Under the pieces are notes generated by a model that was not told where the DNA came from, ran no database searches, and saw nothing but the letters and a program-made list of their open reading frames with translations. A DNA stretch of 64,000 nt from assembly GCF_004010195.1 (NCBI RefSeq), contig NC_057718.1:21488735-21552734 (forward strand), in the 5' to 3' direction. This DNA is from Chiloscyllium plagiosum. Lineage: Eukaryota. Positions 1 through 12,280 of the stretch are shown here, piece after piece (position 1 is the first letter of the stretch; every line of letters begins with the position of its first letter). The translations under genes and the position numbers were made by a program.

Positions 1-675
1 TAATTCAATGGAATAATGGCTGCCTCTATTCGACTTTCTCATTCATTCCCCATATTATCTGATCTCTGAATCAGTAAACATCTGTCCAATAGCCTTTAAT
101 ATATTAATGATTGAGGCTCCATTATATTTGTGGGTAGGGAATTCTTAAGATTCAAAACTGTAAAGAAATTTCAAATTATTCAAATGTTTATCCTACCATG
201 CAATGAGCCATTTCAATCACATTGAATGGGTCTGGCATCACATACGTACCACAGTGGGTAAAGATGGAAGACTTCATTGCCTGAAGGACATTGATAAATC
301 TGATGGGTTGCAATTTAGCCATTACAGAGACTAGTACTATATTTCAGCTTCCAGATGCCATGGTGGGACTTGAACCTGTCCATTTCAGAAATCCTAGTAT
401 CTATCATGCAAGCTACTTAAAAGGTTTGTATTTGACGTCAGTGAAGCAGGAAAAGATTTCCTCAGATGAAACTCAAATTCCTTTGTTGACTGGTTTTACT
501 CAAGCAGATACATGAGAAAGAATATGAACCTGGGATCTCTAGATTACTAGTCTACAGTGTACAAAACATTATAACATGGCCACCCATTTGTCTCCTGTTC
601 AATCTAGATCAATAACACTTTAAATGTAAACATCTGTGAAATAAAAGTTTTAAGTATTTGTTATTATTTCTTTAC

Positions 676-793
676 CTGTCCCTCCATCCTTAGAGCACTA
701 GCTGATACCAGTGGCTTCCCATTCAGAACACAAGCGTCATTGACAAGAAACCGTGTAGGGACATTGTCAGAGCAATCCACTACAATGTCATAT
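676..793 (-). CDS. MOCS3: MOCS3 exon 6, (Q)[39 protein letters not shown]; gene continues left of the window
   Basis: Matches human [39 protein letters not shown]; 118 nt; donor CAG|GTAAAG. The acceptor is a non-canonical ...TCTTCAA| preceded by a U12 branch site. Confidence 0.95.
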
Positions 794-875
794 TTGAAGA
801 AATTAGTTAAGAATAATCTAAATAATCAAAAATACTTTAATCCTCATCACAAAAACCACCATTAAAAAAGGATAT
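794..875 (-). other. U12-type (minor spliceosome) intron 5 of MOCS3, 82 nt, AT-AA termini
   Basis: 5' splice site ATATCCTTT; branch site TTCTTAAC at 813-806, with the branch A 13 nt from the 3' end; 3' end TTCTTCAA. Removal restores the frame and the ...LIQQYDIV... alignment to MOCS3. Confidence 0.9.
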
Positions 876-950
876 TGTTGAATAAGTTGCCTTGCATTCT
901 TGTAGCTCAACTGAAAATGATATGGTATGCATTCAACATTTGAATTTAGC
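876..950 (-). CDS. MOCS3: MOCS3 exon 5, (Q)LNSNVECIPYHFQLSYKNARQLIQ(Q)
   Basis: Acceptor ttgtccacAG; 75 nt, phase 2 to 2. Matches human LNSAVECVPY...ALDLVRR. Ends at a U12-type donor CA|ATATCCTTT. Confidence 0.92.
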
Positions 951-1496
951 CTGTGGACAAGAAATAATAATTCAAAATTAATACATTGATTTAAAAAAAT
1001 ACTTGTTTGTCTGATACCCTTCTAAATGGTTAGATGCCTGCACATCTGTCAATGAAGTAAGATGACAAGGTGGTTATGGGTAAAATGGTACAAGTTAACA
1101 TGCACAATTGATCTTAGTGACCAGTGAGAAACCCATGAAAGACTGTTGCTTCTCCAGGTCATCAGAAGGGACAGAATTATTTTTAAAACTTTTGCAATGC
1201 CCTATACAGAGCAACGGAGCGCATCATATTCTGCAAGTGGAAGGCCAATAAAAACTGAAAAACATGTTTGAAGAACTGTGATGTCTACTGCGCAATCCTT
1301 TTACCTCTTGTAGTTTTGAATATAATTCAAACTGATGGAATGCAACTCTCCTTTATCAGTTGATTAACAGTCCAAAGGGAAATCTGTTTTAGTAGTTTCA
1401 CATTCTGCATAGGTTAAACACAGGAAACTTTAAATGATTTAACGTTAGTTGCCATAAAACAGTCAATCCTTTCAAGGATGTGACCTGAAAGAAGCT

Positions 1497-1853
1497 TACA
1501 AAATCATGAGGGGCATGGATAGGATAAATATACAAAGTCTCTTCCCTGGGGTGGGAGAGTCCAGAACTAGAGGGCACAGGTTTAGGGTGAGAGGGGAAAA
1601 AATATAAAAGAGACCTCAGGGGCAACTTTATCACACAGAGGGTGGTATGTGTATGGAATGAGTTGCCAAAGGAAGTGGTGGAGGGGAGTACAATTGCAAC
1701 ATTTAATACGCATCTGGATGGGTATATGAATAGGAAGAGTTTGGAGGGATATGGGCCGGGTGCTGGCAGGTGGGATAGATTGGGGTGGGATATCCATAGA
1801 CAAGTTGGACCGAAGGGTTTATTTCCGTGCTGTACATCCCTATGATTCTATGA
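1497..1853 (+). mobile_element. CR1 (HER1-type) 3' fragment
   Basis: Same 3' sequence as 7480-7814; WNELPKEVVE peptide; tail ctatgattctatga. Confidence 0.85.
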
Positions 1854-4689
1854 TGTACATGGTCAATGTAAGAAAAGCAAAGGAGTTGGAAGTTGCACGT
1901 TGCACTTTAATGCATATGACAGGGTTACTCTCGAGGGACCTTTACTTCATGAAAATAATTAAAAGCTGACTGTACATTAATGGCTGCAATATACCTAACA
2001 TGAAAATTCAGGGAGATTAGAAAATGCAACAGGTTTAAGGCAGAGTTGGCCGAAAACAGCCCCAAAAAAAAAACAAAATGAGCATCTGCTACCTGAAACT
2101 GCAACATCATAAAGAAGCGAATGAACACTTCCAATTAAAACTTTAATAATAATGGGCAAGTTGGCAATGCATAAATTGAAACATTGGGTAATTTGGTCAA
2201 GTTAAAGGAAAGAAGTAGTCACACGCTTATCAGGAGGACATCCAATGGAATATCTTAACTGCATTAAAACAGGGCAAGATAGTGCTCAAAAGGATGTCAA
2301 TCAAGCATTTACCAGCAAGATTTACACACAAATAATGACTACCTGTGCACAGCACTAGAGGGTGGCTAATAACTATGGAACCCTAATCTAACAACTAGTC
2401 ATTTGAAAGGAGAATGTGGAGTTCTAAATCAGCACCAAAACTGGAAAAAAAAGCTAAATTATGTATCTCATCATGATATTCTACTTGGAAATAATTTATA
2501 CAAACTTACTAACCTAGTCAGCAAAAAGATGTCTTGAACAGATGATATCTTAAAATTAATGCACAATTTATACTCTGTTAATTACTATTAATCTATTGGA
2601 CTTGTAGCACTCAGAAATTTTAATGAATTCTAATTACATTTTTAAGCAGTTGTTCATTCTGAAGTTATAACAACATTAACCTTTCATAATTTGTAAAATA
2701 ATCTTGAAATAAGATTTTGTTTCTCTAACAGTACAGATAAAACATGCTCTGAATGAACAGTTAATGAACCCAAGCTTGTTAAGACTGGATTCTTAGCATT
2801 TATGCTAATGTAATTAGGAGATCAATAATTTATCAATAGGGAAACTATAACCATACAGCACAGAAAAAAAACTATTTGGTTTATCATGATTGTGATGACT
2901 TTTTGACAGTTATTGAATCAATCCCACTTCTCTGCTCTTTCCCCATTGACTTGTGATTGAACAATTCTAGAATTGTTTGCAACAATCAGACAGCTTTCAA
3001 AACTTTAAAGTACATATTGTCCAGGATCAATGGCACATTTTAAGAACATTAAGGCCTGCTGCAGTGTTCCAATGAGGCTCAGCACAAGGTGAAAAAAATA
3101 CATCGCACTTTCTGCTTGAGGACTCTACAGCCTTCAGACTGAATATCAAGTTAAATTTTAGGGCCTGAACATCATATGTCCTTTAGCTGCACCCACACCC
3201 ACACTCCAGGGCTTGTCATCACATGGACTGCTCTCAGCACAGCCAACCCATTTTCGCCGAATTCTGGTCTCCAATATCAGCTTATCAGACCATAAGAAAT
3301 AAGAGCAGAAATTAGGCCACTCAGCCCATCAAGTCTACTCTGCCATTCAATCATGGCTTATAAGTTTCTCAACCCCATTCTCCCCGAAACTCTTGATACT
3401 CAAAAACCTATCTATCTCAGTCTTAAATATACTCAATGACCTGGCCTCCACAGCCTTCGATGGCAATGACTGCAATAGATTCACCACTCTCCAGCTGAAG
3501 AAGTTTCTCCTTATGTTCTAAAAGGTTTTCCCTTTACTCTGAGGCTATGCCCTTGGGTCCTAGTCTCCCTTACCAATGTAAACATCTTCTCAACATCTAC
3601 TCTATCCAGACCACTCAGCGTTCTATGTTTCAAGTAGATTCGCTCCCCTCCACACAGCAACTGTGTGGTTTTTGAAATTAAGTTGATGTAATTTTACTAA
3701 AAGTGTCTTATTGGAACAGCATATTGTTGTAGATTACAAGGCGAGGCGAGCTTTTCTGGGTGTTTGGTTTAATTAATAGAGGGGTTAAACCCCATGTTGT
3801 AACATAATTCTGATGAAGGGTCAACAGATCCGAAACACTGGCTCTGTTTCCTCTCCACAGATGCTAACAGAACTGTTGAGTTTCTCCAGCAATTAGCTTT
3901 GTTTCAGATTTCTAGCTTCTGGAGCTTTTGGTTCCTTTTTAACATTTTAAGAATATTGTATTGTCTGTAGTGTAATGCAAGGTCAAGTCACCATAATCCT
4001 AGAGGATGCAGGGACTAATGTAAATAAGTGAATGTTAAATCTCTCTGATACCTGGCAAACCATTTTAATAGCCTTCACATTGGAGTACCACAAGAGAAAG
4101 CACACAACTACCTCAGGACGTGTCAAAACACTTCTCAGCTAATGCAGTACTTTAGAAATATTCTCACCAAAATGTTGGAATGTGGGAAACGCATTTGCTC
4201 GTTTCCATACAGCAAGTTCTCACAAACAGCAATTAAATATAACTAGTAATTTGTTTGAAGGACAAATGTTGGCCAGAACACCAGAAACAGCTTCACTGAA
4301 TAGTATCATGGGATCTTTTACAGCTAACCGAGTAGGCATTTGTAGCTTTCTAAGTGTCAATGACGGAATGACTAATTTAACTTTAACACTGCATAAACTG
4401 ACTGCTACATTTGGCTACATAGCAGGGTGTTGCACTTCAAGAAAGTAACTTGTTAGCTGCAAAATATTTGATAATGCCCAAGGACGTAAGAAGTACCAAA
4501 CAAATGCAAGTTTTTCCTTTTTTCAAACTCAGTCAATAAGTATTCGTTACATAACTATTTCATCTCCCCTCCAGGTGAGGATAAATTTAGCTAGCAGCTT
4601 AGCCAAAAAAATACACAAGATCTTAGATTCCATTTGTAATTTGTGTTGAATTAGCTGATCTCAATCAGGACTGCAGTAAACTGCAGCAA

Positions 4690-5565
4690 GGGATATCCGG
4701 TCAGCATGGACGAGTCGGACCAAAGGGTCTGTTTCCGTGCTGTACATCTCTGTGACTCTATAACCGAGTAGCAGATGGAGTTTAAGGTACAAAAATGTGA
4801 GGGGCTGCATTTTGGTAGTGCAAATTAGAGCAGGATTTATACACTTAATGATAGGGCCTCAGGGGTGTTGCCAAACAAAGAGACCTAGGGGTGCAGGTTC
4901 ATAGTTCCTTGAAAGTGAAGCTGCAGGTAGACAGGGTGGTGAAGACAGCGTTTGGCACACTTGCCTCCATTGGTCAGTGCACTGAATATAGAAATTGGGA
5001 TATCATGTTGCAGCTGTACAGGACTTTGAAGAAGCCACTTTTAGAATACTGTGTACGATTCTGGTTGCCCTTCTACAGCAAAGATGCTGTTAAGCTTGAG
5101 AGGGTGCAGTAAAGATTTACAAGAATGTTGTGCCGGGACTGCAAGGTTTGAATTAAAAGGAGAGGCAGAATATGCTGGGGCTTTTATCCCCTAGAGCGGA
5201 GGCTGAGGGGTGGCCTTAGAGGTTTATCAAAATCATGAGGAGCATGGATAAAATGAGTAGCCAAGTTCTTTTTCCGAGGGTGGGACAGACCAAGACTGGA
5301 GGACATAAGTTTGCGGTAAGGTGGGAAAGAGTTAAAGAAGGACCTGAGGGGTTAATTTTTACGCAGGCGATGCATTATGGAACAAGTTGCCAGAGGAGGA
5401 GGTGGGTATAATTAAAACATTTAAAATGCATCTGGATTGGTATTTGAAAGGAAGAGGTTAAAAGGGATATGTACCAAATGCTGGCAAATGGGACTAGGTC
5501 AGATTGGGATGTCTGGTTGGCGCTGATGAGTTTATTTGAACAGTCTGTTTCCACGCTGTATGACT
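4690..5565 (+). mobile_element. CR1 3' fragments
   Basis: VQVHSSLKV...LYRTLxxPLLEYCVRFW peptide plus 3' UTR. Confidence 0.8.
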
Positions 5566-5941
5566 ATCACAAGATCCTAGGTATAAGAAAGAGAAGAAAA
5601 AAAACTGCTTCAATACATTTACAATCTATCACTTTTTCTGGATATGCAACCATCTCAGAGGAACAACAAAATCTGTAACATGTACAAGGCACAGCATAAT
5701 TTACATGAACAATAGTTGATTTGGTGAGCTTCCAGAAGGTGACCTACAACCGTGCAACCCATATTCCATCAAGGAAACAATACCTTAAAATGGTTTAGTA
5801 AAGGGAGAAAACTGATGAGTAACAAATGTTACAGGTATGCTGTTGAAATCTGTCAACAATGGAAGCTGTACCCAAAAAGAAACCTTTTTTTTCAATTTAG
5901 AGTGATCAAAGAAAGTAAGAGACATAAACAAATATACTTAC

Positions 5942-6062
5942 TGACTTATTCTGATTGCTGCAGACAATGCCTTTGGCACGCCTAACTTATCTTCTGTATG
6001 GAGAATCTGTCTCTGTAGGTTAGTAAGCTCCACATCATCATAATCAAGGAGTCCTAATCGAC
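5942..6062 (-). CDS. MOCS3: MOCS3 exon 4, (G)RLGLLDYDDVELTNLQRQILHTEDKLGVPKALSAAIRIS(Q)
   Basis: Acceptor caatttAG and donor CA|GTAAGT; 121 nt, phase 1 to 2. Matches human [21 protein letters not shown]...KAFSAA. Confidence 0.96.
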
Positions 6063-6467
6063 CTAAATTGACATTTGCACATTGTAATATCCTCTCCCCA
6101 TCGCTCAGTTGCATTTAAATACATTACTGAACAGATTTTACTTATAGCAGATCCAATGTACAAAAGAGAAAGAAATTGACACAAAGCTAGTGGTGTCATT
6201 TTCAAATTGCTGGTGCCCCACAATATTTCAGGGTTTAAAAGAGGGCACTGCCAAGGTAACAATCAGAACTAACCGACAGTATCTTCAAAATTTTATGAAT
6301 CCTGATGTTTCTCTACAGTTCATAGGAAGAGGGGTTCCAAACTACTAAGCAATTGCTTCTCTTTGAAGCAGCTCTGGAAAGTAAATGGGGCATAAAATTA
6401 TCATTAATGATCCAAGTACTTTTCCATGGATAAACAAGGGCTCCGTCAGAAATGGACACGTTAATAT

Positions 6468-7015
6468 TGTTGAAAAGTGTGGTGCTGGAAAAACAGCAGG
6501 CCAGGCAGCATCCGTGGAGCAGGAGAATCGACATTTTGGGCATTAGCCCTTCTTCAGGAATGAGGCTGGCGTGCCAAGCGGGCTGAGATAAAAAGATAGG
6601 GGGGAGGGAATTAAGGGCTCCGTCAGAAATGGACACGTTAATATTGTTGAAAAGTGTGGTGCTGGAAAAACAGCAGGCCAGGCAGCATCCGTGGAGCAGG
6701 AAAATCGACATTTTGGGCATTAGCCCTTCTTCAGGAATGAGGAGAAAGTGAGGTCTGCAGATGCTGGAGATCAGAGATGGAAATGTGTTGCTGGAAAAGC
6801 GCAGCAGATCAGGCAGCATCTAGGGAACAGGAGAATCGACGTTTCGGGCATTAGCCCTTCTTCAGGAATGGGGGAAGTTAATCCAGCAGGCTAAGATAAA
6901 AGGTAGGGAGGAGGGACTTGGGGGAGGGGCGTCGGAAATGTGATAGGTGGAAAGAGGTCAAGGTGAGGGTGATAGGTCAGACTGGGGTGGGGGCGGAGAG
7001 GTCGGGAAGAAGATC
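6468..7015 (-). mobile_element. Tandem Penelope pLTR/3'-end units (three hammerhead-bearing repeats) running into a gap, MOCS3 intron 3
   Basis: Repeated gctggaaaa...cagcatcc...ttcttcaggaatg units matching the 3' end of the element at 51300-51560. Positions 6436-6565 are duplicated at 6613-6742. Confidence 0.8.
6834..6870 (-). ncRNA. Minimal type-I hammerhead ribozyme motif (Penelope pLTR family A), core intact
   Basis: AUUC-CUGAAGA-A-GGGC-UAAU-GCCC-GAAA-CG-UC-GAUU: CUGANGA and GAAA core, 4-bp stem II, loop-less palindromic stem III (ACGU), cleavage triplet GUC. Confidence 0.75.
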
Positions 7016-7177
7016 NNNNNNNNNNNNNNNNNNNNNNNNNNNNNNNNNNNNNNNNNNNNNNNNNNNNNNNNNNNNNNNNNNNNNNNNNNNNNNNNNNNNN
7101 NNNNNNNNNNNNNNNNNNNNNNNNNNNNNNNNNNNNNNNNNNNNNNNNNNNNNNNNNNNNNNNNNNNNNNNNNNNNN
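7016..7177. other. Assembly gap (N)
   Basis: Run of N. Confidence 1.
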
Positions 7178-7814
7178 AGGTAGATAGGATAGTGAAGAAG
7201 GTGTTTGGTATGCTTGCCTGTATTAGTCAAACTATTGTGTACAGGAGTTAGGAGGTCATGTTGCGGCTGTACAGGACAATGATTAGGCCACTGTTGGAAT
7301 ATTGCATGCAATTCTGGTCTCCTTCCTATTGGAAAGATGTTGTGAAAGGGTTCAGAAAAGATTTACAAGGATATTGCCAGGGTTGGAGGATTTGAGCTAT
7401 AGGGAGAGGCTGAACAGGCTGGGGCTATTTTCCCTGGAGCATCGGAGGCTGAGGGGTGACCTGATAGAGGTTTACAAAATTATCAGGGGCATGGATAGGA
7501 TAAATAGGTAAAGTCTTTTCCCTGGGGTCGGGGAGTCCAGAACTAGAGGGCATAGGTTTAGGGCGAGAGGGGAAAGATATAAAAGAGACCTATGGGGCAA
7601 CTTTTTCACACAGAGGGTGGTGCGTGCATGGAATGAGCTGCCAGAGGAAGTGGTGGAGGCTGATACAATTGCAACATTTAAGAGGTATTTGCTTGGGTAT
7701 ATGAATAGGAAGGGTTTGGAGGGATGTGGGCCAGGTGCTGGCAGGTGGAACTAGATTGGGGTGGGATATCTGGTCCCGAAGGATCTGTTTCCATGCTGTA
7801 AATCTCTATGACTA
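7178..7814 (+). mobile_element. CR1 3' fragment
   Basis: RVQKRFTRILPGLEDLSYRERLNRLGLFSLEHRRLRGDLIEVYKI plus 3' tail. Confidence 0.88.
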
Positions 7815-8160
7815 TATTGCTCCTCCCATTCACACAAACCATTTTACCTTCCAAATTAGTGTTACCTGCAAATTTGGATTACAATTCTCTATTCCTTTAA
7901 TTAAGTCATTAATGTATGTGGTGAAAATCTGCAGATAAAGGATAGATCTCTGGGAGATAGCATGTCTCGTACTCCATACAGTAAAACATTTCTCCCTCTG
8001 AGAATTAGTACAATTCACAGAAGCAACACTTGTTCACAGACCTGCAAGTTTTATTGTTTCGTTGATCTATAATAACCTCCGTAAAGTCTCTCTCAAGCTT
8101 CCTGTGCAAAATCTATTCAAGAAAAATAAAGTCAAAATTCAAGACCTAGACTAAACTTAC

Positions 8161-8253
8161 CAATGCCTGCAGCAGCCAAGTACTGAGCTGCAGGGCAGCC
8201 TAGACCTCCACATCCAACAATCAGAACAGCCTTCTTAGACAGATTCAGCTGAC
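8161..8253 (-). CDS. MOCS3: MOCS3 exon 3, (G)[30 protein letters not shown](G), ATP-binding GxGxxG loop
   Basis: Acceptor cttttAG and donor G|GTAAGT; 93 nt, phase 1 to 1. Nearly identical to human [23 protein letters not shown]. Confidence 0.97.
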
Positions 8254-10218
8254 CTAAAAGCATGAAAACATCACGCCAATAGATTTAATTTGTTTAATCC
8301 AATATTAGGGCACATGTCACATTTAATTTGCTTATAATTATATTTTAAACATCAAGGATCCAGAAGATATGGGATATACTTCTAGTATTGGTGTCTGAAA
8401 CAGACCATACAAAAATTTATGAGTAGGCAGATGATTGAAAAAGAAAATGAAATAAAACACAATATGGACAAGTTAGAACAACCACCCTGTTTATCTATTT
8501 CCAAGATAATATTGAGGAACAGAAAGTTAAATTATAAAAGTCCACACTTTTACTCAAAATACTTGTAACAAGTGTAAACGGTGCTTTGACTAGCGTTTTC
8601 AATATTGATGCGTTCATGGCTTCCCTGTCTCAATGTGCTGAATGTCTCTCAATTTCTGCCTTTTTATAATGAGGACATAGATATAGGATTTGTCTTTTAA
8701 AAATGTTAAGTTTGAAAAGCTTACAGGTCATTGGAAGGAATAATGGAGAAAATTTAATTTTGTTTCTATGTTAGGTTACAATGTTTTTTCCCCAAATGTA
8801 AGTTCCAAGGTTAAATCATTTCCAATTTTTCTTTTTGCACTGAGTAGCACATCAAGACTTGTTTTCTCAGTTTCTAATAATGGCAATGAATTATTTTTGA
8901 AGCTAAGCTCTTCCACTGCAGAGTGCAATCATAATTCCCAATCTATTCTAACACTTGTATGTGACTGGCTAAAAACAAAAGGGAGATTTAAAACTAGATT
9001 ATAATTAAAATGTACAATAGATACCAATGTTAACAGTATCATATAAAACAACAATTAGAAGCATTCCACCCTCACTGTCCCAGATCTATTTACAATATCA
9101 GGTAGTAGAACAAAGTATCCAGCTCTGAGATTTTTGCAAACTGCTGCATAACTGGCATTAATGTTGGTCAGGATTCAGCTCTGTTGGATCAATCATGTGG
9201 TTTAGGTTTGCATGAAGAATTTTCACATAACAAAAAACAATAGTACTCTAAGCCAGCTACACACGGAAATCAGACCATAGGACATCTCAAAATTAGATAT
9301 AGCCTCAGTTTGCTAGAGTTTTCAAGCTAAATCATGGGGGACGTAACCCTGGATAAACACAAATGGAAAACTCTCTGTTCTCAAGCTGTTTCAACATTTA
9401 AGAGAACAGTCAGATGACTTTAGAACAAGCACTTCATATGTAGCATTTGCAATAAGAGATTTCGGTAATGTCACACAAGATTACATTAACCTAAACTGCA
9501 AACTTGTCTTTATTTGCTTCTTTGCTGAACACTCATCTGTAAAAGCAATGGAACAATCATTAATTGGGATTATATATTGTGTTCAGTATTCCATATGTGA
9601 AAATAAATTAGTCATTACTATATGTGGAATTCAAGTAGTGCAGAATTATAAAAAGTCAAAACATTTGCGATCATTATTGGAATAATTTAGAGCCAGCTTA
9701 GTCCAACTTCTCTCATATCAGCAATGTGGCAGTAAGGATACAAGCATAATAGCCACTGCTTAATCCAATCGCTAGATCTGGGTTCAGAAAATAATTACAA
9801 GGATGTTGCCAGGGTTGGACGGTTGAGCTAAAGGGAGATGCTGAATAGGCTGGGGCTGTTTTCTCTGGAGCATTGAAGACTATGGGGAGACCTTACAGAA
9901 CTTTATAAAGTCATGAGAGACATGGATAGGGTAAACAGACAAGGTATTTTCCCAGGGGTGAGAAAGTCTAGAATCAAAGAACATAGGTTTAATATGCAAG
10001 GGGAAAGATTTATAAGGGATCCAAGGGGCAACCTTTTTCACGTGGAGGGTGGTGCATGTATGCAATCAACTGCCAGAGGAAGTGGTGGAGGCTGGGACAA
10101 TTAGAACATTTAAAAATCATCTGGATGGATATATGAATAGGAAGGGTTCAAAGAGATATGAGCTGGAAATGTGTTGCTGGAAAAGCGCAGCAGGTCAGGC
10201 AGCATCCAGGGAACAGGA

Positions 10219-10256
10219 GAATTGACGTTTCGGGCATAAGCCCTTCTTCAGGAATG
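10219..10256 (-). ncRNA. Minimal hammerhead motif (family A) at the 3' end of a Penelope insertion
   Basis: CUGAAGA-A-GGGC-UUAU-GCCC-GAAACGUC; core intact, first stem-I pair disrupted. Confidence 0.65.
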
Positions 10257-10303
10257 AGGAACGTTTGTCCAGCAGGCTAAGATAAAAGGTAGGGAGGAGG
10301 GAC

Positions 10304-10741
10304 NNNNNNNNNNNNNNNNNNNNNNNNNNNNNNNNNNNNNNNNNNNNNNNNNNNNNNNNNNNNNNNNNNNNNNNNNNNNNNNNNNNNNNNNNNNNNNNNN
10401 NNNNNNNNNNNNNNNNNNNNNNNNNNNNNNNNNNNNNNNNNNNNNNNNNNNNNNNNNNNNNNNNNNNNNNNNNNNNNNNNNNNNNNNNNNNNNNNNNNNN
10501 NNNNNNNNNNNNNNNNNNNNNNNNNNNNNNNNNNNNNNNNNNNNNNNNNNNNNNNNNNNNNNNNNNNNNNNNNNNNNNNNNNNNNNNNNNNNNNNNNNNN
10601 NNNNNNNNNNNNNNNNNNNNNNNNNNNNNNNNNNNNNNNNNNNNNNNNNNNNNNNNNNNNNNNNNNNNNNNNNNNNNNNNNNNNNNNNNNNNNNNNNNNN
10701 NNNNNNNNNNNNNNNNNNNNNNNNNNNNNNNNNNNNNNNNN
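10304..10741. other. Assembly gap (N)
   Basis: Run of N inside a Penelope element. Confidence 1.
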
Positions 10742-11722
10742 TCCTCCTGGGAGCAGATACGGCGGAGGCGGAGGAATTGGGAATACGGGATGGCATTTTT
10801 GCAAGAGGTAGGGTGGGAGGAGGTGTAGTCCAGGTAGCTGTGGGTGTCGGTCGGTTTGTAGTAGATGTCCGTGTTGATTTGGTCGCCTGAGATAGAAATA
10901 GAAAGGTCGAGGAAGGGGAGGGAGGAATCTGAGACTGTCCAGGTGAATTTGAGGTCGGGGTGGAAGGTGTTGGTGAAGTGGATGAACTGTTCAACCTCCT
11001 CGTGGGAGCACGAGGCGGGCCGATACAGTCATCAATGTAGCGGAGGAAAAGGTGGGGGGTGGGGCCAGTGTAGTTGCGGAAGATGGATTGTTCCACATAC
11101 CCTACGAAGAGACAGGCATAGCCAAGTGCTGGCAAATGGGACTAGATTAGTTTAAGATATCTGGTCGGCATGGATTAGTTGGACTAAAGGGTCTGTTTCT
11201 GTGCTATACATCTCTATGACTCAGAAATATTTCTACAACTGCACGTCACACTTCTATTTTCCACGAAAAGTGAGTAAAAGCAGTAATCTAAATCATACCA
11301 CTTTTATTCACAGATCTCTTTTTCTCTCAAGGTATCAATACAACATCAGCCCTGTAAACAAAGAAATTCAAATTCACCATCCCTTTCTGAAAAAAAAGTA
11401 TTTTAAGCATGTTTGAAAATGGTTAAAAAGTGAAATCTGTTTTCACAATAAAGGCTTCAGCAGGATTTTGTTACACCGCCCAATATTTAAAAAAAATTTA
11501 AAATCTGCTTTTGAGAGATGCGCTACTTTCTTTTGAAAACATAACTGTCAACCAAGAAAACTCATTTGCTTTTAATAATAACAGCATCAGATAAATATAG
11601 TCTTTTGATAAGATAGAGGGGGGAACCACTTAGGTGTCTCCCAGTTGGTTCAGCAGCTTTGAACCGATAAAACCCCCAAACAGAATTCAAATTTACTCAA
11701 TAGCTCACAAAATGCTAGATTT

Positions 11723-12015
11723 GGGGCGGCACGATGATTCAGTGGTTAGCACTGCTGCCACACAGCGCCAGGGACCCGGGTTCCCACCTCTGGCAACTGT
11801 CTGTGTGGAGTTTGCACATTCTGCCCATGTCTGTGTGGGTTTCCTGCGGGTGCTCCGGTTTCCTCCCACAGTCCAAAGATGTGCAGGTTAGGTGAATTGG
11901 CCATGCTAAATTGCCCGTAGTGTTAGGTGGATTATAGGGTTGGGGTTGGGTTTCTCTCGAAAGGATCGGTGTGGACTTGTTGGGCCGAAGGGCCTGTTTC
12001 CACACTGTAGGTAAT
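11723..12015 (+). mobile_element. HE1-type V-SINE
   Basis: tRNA-like head (ggcacgatgattcagtggttagcactgctgcc...gggttc), V-domain tgtgtggagtttgcacattct...gggtgctccggtttcctcccacagtccaaagatgtg, and CR1-derived tail gggccgaagggcctgtttccacactgta. Confidence 0.9.
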
Positions 12016-12144
12016 CTTATATAATTATATATTGAATTCAAATTTTCTACTTGAACTCCACCACTGATATTCCTTGTCCAATACTAGAATTGTTAAGTCT
12101 CAAATTTTATGAACTATATTCATTCTAATTATTTTAAATATTAC

Positions 12145-12280
12145 CTTTGACTCCAAACTCTGGGATGATGAGCTGTCTGCTGTATCTCAGGATTTCTTCA
12201 TTAGAGAGAGATTTTTCTTCCAATGGAGGCATCTCTGTTACTTGTTTCAGTAATGAAAATGTATTTCCAGAACGAGAATC
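12145..12280 (-). CDS. MOCS3: MOCS3 exon 2, [45 protein letters not shown](G)
   Basis: Acceptor tctttttcAG and donor G|GTAATA. Contains the MoeB/E1 signature [13 protein letters not shown] (human [22 protein letters not shown]). 136 nt, phase 0 to 1. Confidence 0.95.

Larger units (their letters stand above)
10163..11121 (-). mobile_element. Penelope-like element fragment (RT YIDD region plus 3' pLTR, spans a gap) inserted in a CR1 3' end
   Basis: YACLFVGYVEQSIF...LFLRYIDDCIG; same family as 49312-51560. The CR1 tail is split (gatatgagc / caagtgctggcaaatggg). Confidence 0.85.

Noticed and set aside
794..875. Treating the exon 5/6 break as a frameshift (pseudogene) or as a short GT-AG intron (GTGGTT...TTTAG)
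   Set aside because: The GT-AG option is only about 42 nt and runs into an in-frame TAA. The U12 donor and branch signals restore the exact protein alignment, and all other exons are intact.
6313..6819. 168-aa ORF with an internal repeat (and similar MLPDLL... ORFs at 13072, 20077-20625 and 32654)
   Set aside because: Chance translation of repeated Penelope pLTR units; no splice or homology support.
11723..11795. tRNA gene
   Set aside because: It is the tRNA-derived head of an HE1 SINE, continuing into the V-domain and CR1 tail; the same holds at 12749 and 15817.
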